DNA of 56,469 nucleotides, from contig PHBR01000005.1 in the NCBI GenBank assembly GCA_002840675.1, positions 1 to 56,469 on the forward strand, written 5' to 3'. Positions 1 to 9,341 of the stretch are shown here, in pieces. The notes beneath the pieces are model-generated. The model worked only from the letters and a program-made list of their open reading frames with translations, searched no databases and was not told the origin of the DNA. Within the stretch, counting starts at the first letter, position 1, and the number at the start of each line of letters is the position of its first letter. This DNA comes from Chloroflexi bacterium HGW-Chloroflexi-9 (GTDB taxonomy: Bacteria; Chloroflexota; Dehalococcoidia; UBA2979). Both the position numbers and the translations under genes were made by a program.

Positions 1-228
1 CGTGTCGGCGTTCGCCTCTGTCTCAGGAAGGCGAAATCGGCGACGGAGGTCGGCGACCGGGATCACCCGACCGCGGAGGTTGATGACACCCCGCACGTAT
101 TCGGGCGAGTCGGGCACGGAGGTGATCGCCTGCATGCGGATGATCTCGCGCACGGCGTTGATGTTGATCCCGTACGCCTCGTTGCCAAGTTCGAAGACGA
201 CCAGTTGCCGCTCGAGCTGTTCAGCCAC
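1..228 (-). CDS. cheW: Chemotaxis coupling protein CheW (3' end runs off window)
   Basis: Manual translation from GTG at 228: MAEQLERQLVVFELGNEAYGINI..VREIIRMQAITSVPDSPEYVRGVINLRGRVIPVADLRRRF, the CheW signature; GGGAGAG RBS upstream. Not in the ORF track because there is no stop in the window. Confidence 0.95.
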   Translation of the reverse strand, partial: MAEQLERQLVVFELGNEAYGININAVREIIRMQAITSVPDSPEYVRGVINLRGRVIPVADLRRRFRLPETEANADT

Positions 229-603
229 GGGGTCTCTCCCAATCTCCGCCGGGCAAACGGCCGGCCTGTTGTTCGTTTGGTTGCCGCCCGTTTGCGGTGC
301 TGGTGTGAAGATTCGGTCGTGGCCCAGCCCTCGGGCAGCGGGTTTCCCCGCGGCCAACCGCCCGGGCGCGCAGGTGGCATGATCCCGACAGGTTCACCGG
401 GCTCACTGGTCTGGGGGCGGGCCAGTGCGGTGAGGTTGAGCACCGCACTGGCCCTGCCTGTGGTCCGTCGGTCGGACCTCAGGCCGTCACGACGAGCGCA
501 TCGCGTACCGCATCTTCCAGTGCTGAGCGCCGGTACGTCTTCGCGAGGAAGGCGACGGCACCCCGCTGAAGCGCCTCGTCTTCGTAGTGCTCGTCGCTGA
601 TCA

Positions 604-843
604 TCAGCACCGGAAGTCCGGGCGCGGGACTACGGACCTGCTCCAGGATCGACCAGCCGGTGGCGCCACCTCGAAGCGGGCGCGCGCCCGTGCCAGCGTC
701 CCGGCCAGGTCCACCTCGAACCCGTCCATCGCCAGCACCTGCTGGATGGCGGGCCCCGTGAGCGGGTGGTCTTCGACCACGAAGATGCGAGCGCGCGGCG
801 GGACACTCTCCGTGGTGGTGACACCTGCGGCGGTTGGATCCAT
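604..843 (-). pseudogene. Truncated response-regulator receiver domain
   Basis: RIFVVEDHPLTGPAIQQVLAMDGFEVDLAG is a receiver N-terminus; similarity is lost just before the phospho-acceptor Asp strand. Confidence 0.6.
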
Positions 844-1135
844 GTGTGTTCCTACTTCACCTGTTGTCATTCTGTCGCCGGATCGTGCGCTCAGAAATCC
901 AATCCTGACAGTCGTCTGACAGATGCTGACCTCTGACCTTTGACCGCTGCCCGTGAGTCGAAGACTGCGATCGTGGTCGTGGGGGCAAACTCTGTCTACA
1001 TCCTGTTGTCCGGTCGTGCGGCCGCGCGGCCGGGTTACAGTCGCCGCGCGCCTCGCTATAACCGAGGCATACCGGGGGCGCGTTACGGTTGCCGCGCGAA
1101 CTGGTCGAGACATGGTTGGCGGCAGGAGGCACGGG

Positions 1136-1942
1136 ATGGACGATGCGCCGCCGGGGAGTGGAGTCCCGCTCGCGCCGCTGGTACGACTGGGGTCGGCCGC
1201 AGGACGCGGCCCTCAGGTCTTGCTGGTTGAGGACGACGCAGCCACAGCGGACGTGATCGCGGCAGGGCTGGCTCTATATGGCCACACGGTGGAGGTGGTG
1301 AGTACCCTCCGTCAGGCGCGCCGCTTCCTCAAGTCTTCTGATCCCATCGACCTCGTTCTGGTCGATGTTGGACTGCCGGACGGCTCCGGGCTGGATCTGT
1401 GCGTGGAGCTGTGTGCCCGGGATCAACTTCCGGTGATCGTCGTCTCCTCCGCGGGCACTGCAGAGGAGCGCATCCGGGGATTTGACGTCGGCGCCGACGA
1501 CTATGTGGTGAAGCCGGTGAACGTTCTGGAACTGGCCCGACGAGTCGAAGCGGTTCTCCGCCGAAGTGGCTTCCGCGCCGTCGACTCGCTCGTCGAGGAT
1601 CCCAGTGGGCTGGACCTGGACGTGCGTCGTGGCGAGGCGACCTTCCAGGGTCAGTTGGTCTCGCTGACCCGCTCAGAAACCGGCATCCTGCGCGTCCTGC
1701 TTGAGCAGCCCGGCCAGGCGGTGCCGTTGGATGAGATCTGCCAGCGTGTCTGGAACTACCAGGCGCTCGGCGACGCGAACTTCGTTCACCAGCACCTGTC
1801 GCGCCTTCGCCGGAAGCTCCGCCTCATCGGATTCTCCGATGAGGCGATCCGGACCATTTACGGCGTGGGCTACGCCTTCGAGTCGTCCCCACATGTGGCC
1901 GTCACGCCTCCCCCGACAGCCGAAACCATCCCGCCTCAGTAG
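1136..1942 (+). CDS. OmpR/PhoB-family response regulator
   Basis: VLLVEDD, LVLVDVGLPDGSG, GADDYVVKP and wHTH end IRTIYGVGYAF; AGGAGG RBS before ATG 1136. Confidence 0.93.
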   Translation: MDDAPPGSGVPLAPLVRLGSAAGRGPQVLLVEDDAATADVIAAGLALYGHTVEVVSTLRQARRFLKSSDPIDLVLVDVGLPDGSGLDLCVELCARDQLPVIVVSSAGTAEERIRGFDVGADDYVVKPVNVLELARRVEAVLRRSGFRAVDSLVEDPSGLDLDVRRGEATFQGQLVSLTRSETGILRVLLEQPGQAVPLDEICQRVWNYQALGDANFVHQHLSRLRRKLRLIGFSDEAIRTIYGVGYAFESSPHVAVTPPPTAETIPPQ

Positions 1943-2102
1943 TTCCGCCCCGAGATCGTGTTGGCATCATGTCAACCCTCGGGATCGGCCGCTTCGTGCG
2001 GGAAACCCCTGACGGCCATGAGCCCTCACCTGCGGATAGTCCTCCCACACGTGGTGGGTGCCCGGGGCGTGCCCCGGCGAAGGAACGGACCGACAGGTGA
2101 AG

Positions 2103-4145
2103 ATGACAATTCGAACGAAACTCCTCGGAGGCTTCGGGCTCGTGCTCGTGATGATGGCCGTGGTCGCCGTTGTCGGGATCACGCGCCTGAGTCAGGCCTC
2201 GGCGCGAACTGAGGCGATGTACCGAGAGAACGTGCTGGGAGTCCAGTACGCGCTCCTGACCAATCAAAACATGATTGCAAGTGCCCGTGAAGAGAAGCGA
2301 GCCTTCCTGGCGCCGGCTGGTGACACGCGTCAGGCTCTGATCGCAGAGGCGCAAGCGGAGATGGAGGCTGCCGAGCAGGCGATGGTCGACTACGAGCAGA
2401 CCTTCGCCTCGGAAGCCGACCGCGCGATGTGGGCGGAAGTGACTGACCCCGTTCACGCGGTGATTAAGAAGCGCCAGGGCGTTCTGGACCTCCTGGCCGC
2501 CGGCCGTGACACGGAGGCATCCGGTGCCGCCGCCGAGATGGCCGTGCTCATCGGCCCGATGAACCAGTCCCTGACGGAAGCCGGCGACTTCAACGCCGAG
2601 CTGGCGCAGCAGGCAGTAACTGCCGCGCAGGACAGCGCCAGCCAGGCGCGCACGATCCTCCTCCTGACGTCCGTGGTGGCGGTGCTCGCCGGCCTCGGGA
2701 TCGGCTACTGGCTCGCGCGCGGCATCTCCGCCGGCGTCGGCAAGATGCGCGCGGCGGCTGCCGGGATCGCGCAGGGCGACCTGGACCAGGACGTGAGCAT
2801 TACCAGCCGCGACGAGGTGGGCGACATGGCCCGCGCCTTCGAGGCGATGAAGGAGTATCTCTCCGGCATGGCCGACGCCGCGGCGCGGATCGCGGATGGC
2901 GACCTGACCGTGGAGGTCCTCCCGAAGTCGGAGCAAGACGCGCTGGGTAACGCGTTCGCGCGCATGGCCGACAGCCTGAATGACGTGATGCTGCGCGCCC
3001 GCAGCACCGCCGAGGAGCTGTCGCAGGCCCGCACCGAGTTGGAACTGGTGGCCGAGCAGGCGGCGAACGCCACCTCAGAGGTTGCCCGGTCCAGCACGCA
3101 GGTCGCCCAGGGCACGAGCCAGCAGGCGACTGCCGTGCAGGAAATCAACGAGAACGTCTCCGGCCTGAGCCGGAGCATTGACCAGGTCACATCCGGCGCG
3201 GCCCGTCAGTCGGACGCGGTGGAGGCCGCGGTCCAGATCGGCGAGCGCCTCGCCAGCGCCTCGGAACAGATGGCGGCGAGTGCCCAGGCGGCCAGCGTTG
3301 GCGCGCAGAGCACGTCCACGACCGCCCGGGACGGTGCGAGTCGGGTCCAGGCCACTGTCGAGGGTATCTCGAGGCTGCAGTCGCGTATGGACGCGGCAGC
3401 CCGGGAGATCAGCGCTTTGGGCAGCCGGTCCCAGGAGATCGGCAACATCATTGCTGTCATCCAGGACATCGCCGCACAGACGAACCTCCTGGCCCTCAAC
3501 GCAGCGATCGAGGCCGCCCGCGCCGGCGAGCAGGGCCGCGGCTTCGCGGTTGTGGCCGATGAGGTGCGCCAGTTGGCGGAACGTGTCGCGTCCGCCACAA
3601 AGGAGATCGCGACGCTGATTGAAGGCGTCCAGGGCGGCGTCGAGGCCTCTGTCCACGCGATGGAGGACGGCGTCACGGAGATGCGATTCAGCACGGAGGC
3701 GGCAGCGGAAGCGGGGACGGCACTCTCGCAGATCATGACCGCAGTGGACACCGTGGCCGGCCAGATCGCGGAGATCGCTACGGGGTCGGACGATGTCAAG
3801 TCCGCCGGTGCGGAACTGTCGCGCCGGATCGAGGACATCGAGAAGGTGGCGAAGGAGAACCACACGGCCGCAACGAGCATGGCTGAGCAGGCCGCGATTG
3901 TCGGCGAGTCGATCGAGTCAATCGCTGCCGTGGCCGAGGAAAACAGCGCTTCTACCGAGGAGGTGTCCGCGGCCGCAGAGCAGATGAGCGCACAGGTCGA
4001 GGAACTCTCCGCCTCGACGAGCGAACTCGGTCGGATGGCTGACGCCCTGCGGGAGCAGATCGCCGCGTTCCGCCTTCGGTCCGAACTCCGGGCGTTGCCC
4101 GGCGGGCGCGCCACGGACTCGCGCACCAGGCAGCGCGCGGCCTAG
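2103..4145 (+). CDS. Methyl-accepting chemotaxis protein (4HB sensor, 2 TM, HAMP, MA domain)
   Basis: [39 protein letters not shown] signalling tip; [15 protein letters not shown]; two hydrophobic helices. Confidence 0.97.
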   Translation: MTIRTKLLGGFGLVLVMMAVVAVVGITRLSQASARTEAMYRENVLGVQYALLTNQNMIASAREEKRAFLAPAGDTRQALIAEAQAEMEAAEQAMVDYEQTFASEADRAMWAEVTDPVHAVIKKRQGVLDLLAAGRDTEASGAAAEMAVLIGPMNQSLTEAGDFNAELAQQAVTAAQDSASQARTILLLTSVVAVLAGLGIGYWLARGISAGVGKMRAAAAGIAQGDLDQDVSITSRDEVGDMARAFEAMKEYLSGMADAAARIADGDLTVEVLPKSEQDALGNAFARMADSLNDVMLRARSTAEELSQARTELELVAEQAANATSEVARSSTQVAQGTSQQATAVQEINENVSGLSRSIDQVTSGAARQSDAVEAAVQIGERLASASEQMAASAQAASVGAQSTSTTARDGASRVQATVEGISRLQSRMDAAAREISALGSRSQEIGNIIAVIQDIAAQTNLLALNAAIEAARAGEQGRGFAVVADEVRQLAERVASATKEIATLIEGVQGGVEASVHAMEDGVTEMRFSTEAAAEAGTALSQIMTAVDTVAGQIAEIATGSDDVKSAGAELSRRIEDIEKVAKENHTAATSMAEQAAIVGESIESIAAVAEENSASTEEVSAAAEQMSAQVEELSASTSELGRMADALREQIAAFRLRSELRALPGGRATDSRTRQRAA

Positions 4146-4157
4146 GCGCGCTGGCGA

Positions 4158-4204
4158 CGCGAAGAGCCCATCCGGGATAACCCCCGCCGGGTGGGCTCTT
4201 CGCG
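4158..4204. terminator. Hairpin between convergent genes, probable bidirectional terminator
   Basis: CGCGAAGAGCCCATCCGG ... CCGGGTGGGCTCTTCGCG inverted repeat between the MCP stop and the 4207 ORF stop. Confidence 0.7.
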
Positions 4205-4206
4205 GA

Positions 4207-4623
4207 CTAGCCCGCGCGCGACAGGAGGGCGCGACAGGCGTCCGCCAGGCCGGGGAGCCCAGTCGCGCTCTTCTCGACGTGCACAACCCGGCCGCCGTCC
4301 GACAGACCACCTGGCAGCCAGGGGAGTTCCACAGAGAAGACGACGACGGTGAGCGCTGGATGGCGGGCCACGGTCTTCCCGATCCAATGCGAGACGTTCG
4401 CGCCGGACAGACGGACCTCCGTCACCAGCTGGTCGATCCCCCCCTGACCCAGCAGCGCCGTCGCCTCGTCGCGGCCCCCTGCCGGCCGGCAGCGGACACC
4501 CGGGATCGAATACTCAAGCAGGTCGCAGACCACGCCGCGCAGCAACGGCTCATCGTCCACGACCAGAAGTTGCCACTGCACCTCATCCGGCACCGGCAGC
4601 CCCCCACGTTTTCCCCGACGCAT
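4207..4623 (-). CDS. Single-domain atypical receiver protein (start uncertain)
   Basis: LLVVDDEPLLR receiver start; the phospho-acceptor position reads LVTEVRL (Glu instead of Asp). Confidence 0.75.
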   Translation of the reverse strand: MRRGKRGGLPVPDEVQWQLLVVDDEPLLRGVVCDLLEYSIPGVRCRPAGGRDEATALLGQGGIDQLVTEVRLSGANVSHWIGKTVARHPALTVVVFSVELPWLPGGLSDGGRVVHVEKSATGLPGLADACRALLSRAG

Positions 4624-4672
4624 CCGGCCCGAACGATCCGCCTTCGACCCCCGGTCACCGCCGTCCGTGCGG

Positions 4673-7158
4673 CTACATCGCTGGTTCGCGGTCCATGTGG
4701 GGGCCTTCCGCAGCCGGATGGCCGCCGAGGTGAGTGGTCACACTGGCGATCAGAGTGTCAATGGGGAATGGCTTTTGAATGACGCCGACCGCCCCGCGGC
4801 GGAGCGCATCAGCCGCCTGCACGGAACCGCTGACGATCACGACGGGCGGGCCGTCCGGGTGTGTCCGGATGCGTGAGAGCACGTCCCATCCGCTCAGCCC
4901 GGGCATATTGAGGTTCAACAGGACCAGTCTAATGTCGTCGCGCAGGCGCAGGATCTCGAGCGCCGCCTCACCCGCCGGCACCGCGATCACCGTATATCCC
5001 CGCTGCTCCAGTGCCGCCGATACCACATCGCGCACGCTCTCTTCGTCGTCGACGATCAGAACCTGAGGGCCCTGGCGATGCGCTGTCGCAGCGGACATCA
5101 GGTCGGGCTCTCCATCCGGGATCGTCGGGCAGTCGATCGTGATCGTGGTCCCCACGCCAAGTTCTGATTCCGCTTCGATGACCGCGTCAATCTCTCGGAC
5201 GATCTCGCGGACCATCGTCATCCCCAGGCCCGTACCCCGCCCGCTGCCCTTCGTCGTGAAGAAGGGATCGAAGAGATGCTGCTGCGTCTGGGTAGACATT
5301 CCGGCGCCGTTGTCGGAGACGACGATCCGGACGAATTGCCTGCCTTCCGGCCTCGTCGCGATCCCGGCGGCCACGCGGATCTCCGGGGCGTACCCCGGCC
5401 CGGCATCATTCGCGCGCTCCAGTGTGGCATCACGGGCATTAAGCAGCAGGTTGAGCAGCACCTGTTCAAGGCGAGACGGGTCCGCCAGGATCAGCGGCAG
5501 GTCGCCGGACCGGAACACGCTGATGCTCACGCGCCGGTCAAACGTCTCTCGTGCGAGTTCCACCGTCCCGCGGATCACCTCCCAGACATCCGTGGGCTGG
5601 AGTTCGGAGGCGAGCGGGCGAGCGGCGTGCAGGAGCCGGCGGACGACGGAGGTCGCGCGGCGGGCGGCCCCGGAGGCATGGTCGAGCCAGCGCGACGACT
5701 GGCCCCGAGCGCTGATCTCCAGATCGAGCGCGCCAATGATCGCAGTCAACAGGTTATTGAAATCGTGCGCTACCCCGGCCACCAGTGTGCCCACCGCAAC
5801 GTCCCGCTGGTCGTTTAGGATGCTCTCCAGCAGCCGAAGCCGCTCCGTCTCCTGATCTGACCGCAATGTGAGGTCATGGATCACCCCGGTAAAGATCCGG
5901 TGGCCGTCCGCCGTCCGCGACTCGGCGATCCTCAACGAGATCGGGAACTGATGCCCGTCACGATGGAGGGCGAATGCCGGGCGCTCGTGCCCGATGAACA
6001 GTCCCGCATCGGTGGATGCTTCTCCGGTCTGTAGATAGTGCCGCATGAAGCCATCGTGGTGGGACGCGAACGGCTCCGGCATCAACACCGTCACGCTGCG
6101 GCCGGTGAGATCTTCCGCCGCCCACCCGAACGTGTCGGTGACGGCTGGATTGGCTGCAACGACGATGCCGTCCTCTCCGATCACGATGATCGGGACGGGC
6201 GCGGCGTCCATGATGCTCTCGCCCTTCGCGACCTCATACCCGACCTGCTGTCGGAGGGCGACTTCCTGCGTGACGTTGCGGAACTCCGAGAGCGTCGCGA
6301 CGCAGCGCGCACCCTCGAAGATCGGCGTCACCGCCACGACCACGTCGACCAGCGTCCCGTCCGAATGCAGCCGCCTGGTGAGCGTCGGTGAGAGCACCTC
6401 ACCCTGCACCATCGCGCGGACGTGGTACTCCCGGAGTTCGTCCACGCGATCGGGGGGACCAGGCGGGCCCCGCTGGAGCCGATGATCTGTTCCGACTGAT
6501 AACCCAGCATGTCCGCCAGCGCCTGGTTGCAGTACAGGACCGTTCCCTGCTCGTCCATCACCAGGATGCCGTTCTGCATGGATGCCACGAGCGAGGCATA
6601 CCGGCGCGTAGCCGCAGCCTCCTGATCGGCGAGCACGCGGATCCTTCGCGCCGCGACCAGGCTGGCTCCAATGCCAATGAGCGTCCCGGTAAGGGTCAGG
6701 ACCACGCCGGCCGCAGCCAGCCGTCGCACGGCGTTCACGGACTCCGAGCGACGCTCTGCGACCACATCCAGCAGCGCATCGACTTCCAGGGCAATCGGCT
6801 CGGTCAGGGGTAGGAGGGGGGGCTGGGGCTGCTGGGCGGCGGCAGCCTCAAGTGCTTCGAACCCGGCTTCGATCCGGTCGAACGCCGCGCGGGTCGTGGC
6901 CGCGCCGGCCACGCGCGTGATGTCCGGCTCGAGCGCCTGCGCCCGCGCGACGCGTGCCTCGTGCAGTTGCACCAGCCGCGCCTCGTCGCCGGTGCTCGCA
7001 GCGCTGCCGATGCGCTCCGCGAACGCTCGCAACTCGCCCAGGTCCGCCGAGGCACGCGATGCGTCCTGGATGCTGCCCATCGTGAATGCGATGAAGCCCG
7101 CTGCGGTCAACGTTACGAGGGCTCCCGCCACCCAGCTCCATCGCAGAAACAGCCGCAT
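4673..7158 (-). pseudogene. Membrane PAS-PAS hybrid histidine kinase, frameshifted near 6452-6457
   Basis: ORF 6328-7158 (2 TM + PAS start) and ORF 4673-6445 (PAS, H-box VAHDFNNLL, N-box NLLLNARDA, DNGAGM, FDPFFTTK..GTGLG, receiver) join if one base is added to the G6 run (LVPPDRVDEL). Confidence 0.85.
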
Positions 7159-7355
7159 TCAAGCCTCCCTCTCGCCATACTTGCCTCGGGCCTTATACCA
7201 CCGCCCCGTTCCACCCGCCGTTACTCCAGTTGCTGCTTCCCGGGCACGGCCCAGGGACGCCCCGGAGGCTCGTCCCGACAAGGTTGCAGGCGCGGCGGCA
7301 GGGGAGACTCGGCAGGGCTCTCCGACCTCATCCAACATCAGAAGTCGGAGCCGGC

Positions 7356-7771
7356 CGAGGCGACCGCAGGCTCAGCATCGTTGGGGCGTCAGAGAAGGCG
7401 CATCTGTTCGCCGTCGCCGGAGCCGAAGCGGTCCGCGACGGGAGTCCAGCCGTCCTGCGATGCAGGACGAGCGCCCACGAGGACGGGGAGGGCTTCGGGA
7501 GCGAAGTCCCGAGCCTCGAAGGCTTCCTGCGCTGTGTTGGCGACGACACGCGCCTCGGCGAACAGCGCCTCGAACGATTCCTCGTTGACCTCACCGCCCC
7601 CCGCGAGTGACCGCGCGAGCTCAAGCGTGAGGTTGTCGCTCTCCGCTCCGTGTGCCGCTAGATCGCCGTCACCGATCTCGCCTTCGACGATCAACGGCGC
7701 CTGGAGATTGTGGGCGACCAGCAGCAGCGCTTGCGCCTGGAGCGTGGCGCGGTACGCGAAGTAGATGACGC
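7356..7771 (-). pseudogene. Diverged copy of the 3' end of the ICE helicase gene (matches 23155-23576)
   Basis: YFAYRATLQAQALLLVAH...GEQMRLL is nearly identical to the C-terminus of ORF 23188-25341, and the downstream intergenic sequence also matches. Confidence 0.9.
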
Positions 7772-7781
7772 CCTTCGCTAC

Positions 7782-7836
7782 TGGTGTCGGGGGAGGGGGT
7801 CGAACCCTCACGCTCTTTCGAGGCGCGGGGCTTAAG
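7782..7836 (-). mobile_element. att site: 3' half of tRNA-Leu (TAA-like anticodon)
   Basis: Minus strand CTTAAGCCCCGCGCCTCGAAAGAGCGTGAGGGTTCGACCCCCTCCCCCGACACCA has an anticodon loop, long variable arm, T-arm and CCA; no D-arm or 5' acceptor strand upstream. Confidence 0.85.
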
Positions 7837-7918
7837 AGCGAAGCAGGTAGTCCACTGACGTGTCGGGGGCGTCCGCGTGAAGCCACGCGGCGCCCCTGCT
7901 CGTCCACGTAAGGGTGCT

Positions 7919-7952
7919 GGGAGCCACGCGTGGCTCCCGGTGTGGCTCCCGG
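7919..7952. repeat. Three GTGGCTCCC copies (one inverted, two direct), putative tyrosine-integrase arm-type sites
   Basis: GGGAGCCAC-GC-GTGGCTCCCGG-T-GTGGCTCCCGG, about 85-115 bp inside the tRNA-Leu fragment. Confidence 0.6.
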
Positions 7953-8554
7953 ATTGGCCCTCAGCCGGGCGGCGGCACGCCGCAGTTCATGCATCACTAG
8001 AGGGGCGTTTAGGGGCGTCAACCGACGCCATTTCAGATTCGGAATCGCTGGCGCGTCTCCACGATCGGTCATGTCCGTTCACGGGAGTGGCCTCCTAGTG
8101 GCCTCCTGTTCTCGGGCGGTGCCGGAGTGGATGGGCCAGTGCCGACCACGTTCTCACACGTTCGTCGTCGTCCACCGCCGTCCGCGATCGTCCACTATTG
8201 GCCAGGGGTATCTCCCTTTTCGCGCAGCGCTTTGGTGCAGTTGTCCGTCTGGTTCGTCACTGCCCATTGCATGTGCGACGGCATCGAATGGCCTGCCACG
8301 GGTTCGCTCGCGAGTCGCCTGAGCAGAATCGGCACTCATCCTGTACGTCCAGGGCAGGATGAGGCTCCGTCGTCGTGAGTTGGACCATGGGCCGCATGGA
8401 TACAAGACACGCGCGGTGCGCCACGCGATATGTGATCGGGTGACGAGTTGCTCCGCAACGAAATGGATGCTGGGTAGATCGGACGCCGTTTCGATAGCAT
8501 CAGGGTGCCCAATGCCCAGAGTCCAAGTCGTCCTCGGGCTGTCGAGGGGACGAG

Positions 8555-9241
8555 GTGAACGAGATACCTCCCGAAGATCGCACTCAGTCCGCGAGAGACG
8601 CATACCGGTTCTTAGCAGCCCACGAAGGAGAGCTCGTCACGTATCAACAGGTATCTGACGCCACCGGCGGTGTGTGGTCGGTGGGCACGGTTGGGAACTA
8701 TCGCTCAAAAAAGTGGAAGAACCTGGTGATCCGAGAGGGTCGTGCCCACCGCGTTCGGGGTGTCGCGCTAATGACGGAGCACGAGTTCGTCGGACTCCAG
8801 AGCCAGGTTCGAGAGGCCGTCATCGACCCCCGTGTCCAGGTCATTCAGGACGCCGTCGCTGTCGGCGAAGGACAGCGGACTGAGTTCAAGGCTCAAATTC
8901 CGAGGACCGCGTCCGAGCTCGCAACCGAAGTCGCGTCGTTCGCCACATCGGGAGGCGGGGTGATTCTGATTGGGGTCGACGACGGCGGGGCAGTGATTGG
9001 CTACGAGGGCAACAAGGAACGGATCGAGGGGATCATCCAGAACGTCGCACCGGTGCCGACCGCGACGGTCGACCTAGTCCCCTACCGAGAGAAGCAGATC
9101 GCACTCGTTCGCGTGCTGGGAGGCCCCGAACCACTGTATTTTGCGAACGATCGACCGTACTTGCGTCAGGGAACTCTCTCGCGTCCGGCGACGCCGGCGG
9201 AGGTCATGACCATCTACCGACAGTATTTTCGACATGGATGA
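8555..9241 (+). CDS. AlbA_2 (Schlafen-like) domain protein with N-terminal putative wHTH
   Basis: GEGQRTEFK, EVASFATSGGGVILIGVDDGG and YLRQGTLSRPAT motifs. Confidence 0.85.
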   Translation: MNEIPPEDRTQSARDAYRFLAAHEGELVTYQQVSDATGGVWSVGTVGNYRSKKWKNLVIREGRAHRVRGVALMTEHEFVGLQSQVREAVIDPRVQVIQDAVAVGEGQRTEFKAQIPRTASELATEVASFATSGGGVILIGVDDGGAVIGYEGNKERIEGIIQNVAPVPTATVDLVPYREKQIALVRVLGGPEPLYFANDRPYLRQGTLSRPATPAEVMTIYRQYFRHG

Positions 9242-9341
9242 TGCATGGAGCCGTACGGGGAAGCGCGAAAAGTAATGCTGGCGAACGGCGACCCTCGCCG
9301 CGGTCATCGCCTGGTTACCGAACGAGGAGGGTTTCGCGAGC

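Noticed and set aside
240-420. c-di-GMP riboswitch upstream of cheW
   Set aside because: GCAAA/GAAA words are present, but I could not fit the class I or II consensus; needs an Infernal scan.
1033-1098. GTTACAGTCGC motif, recurring at 42761 and partly at 53301
   Set aside because: Most simply explained as TACAGT -10 promoter elements rather than a special repeat.
1902-4310. Long antisense ORFs over the MCP and similar shadows elsewhere
   Set aside because: Typical high-GC shadow ORFs with no motifs, overlapping well-supported genes.
7782-7836. Functional tRNA-Leu
   Set aside because: No D-arm or 5' acceptor strand.
7389-8072. 227-aa ORF with a helicase-like C-terminus
   Set aside because: The frame runs through the arm repeats and tRNA-Leu fragment into the helicase relic; an accidental chimera rather than a gene.
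8086-8107. AGTGGCCTCCT tandem duplication
   Set aside because: A simple 11-bp duplication of an RBS-like sequence with no supported downstream gene.
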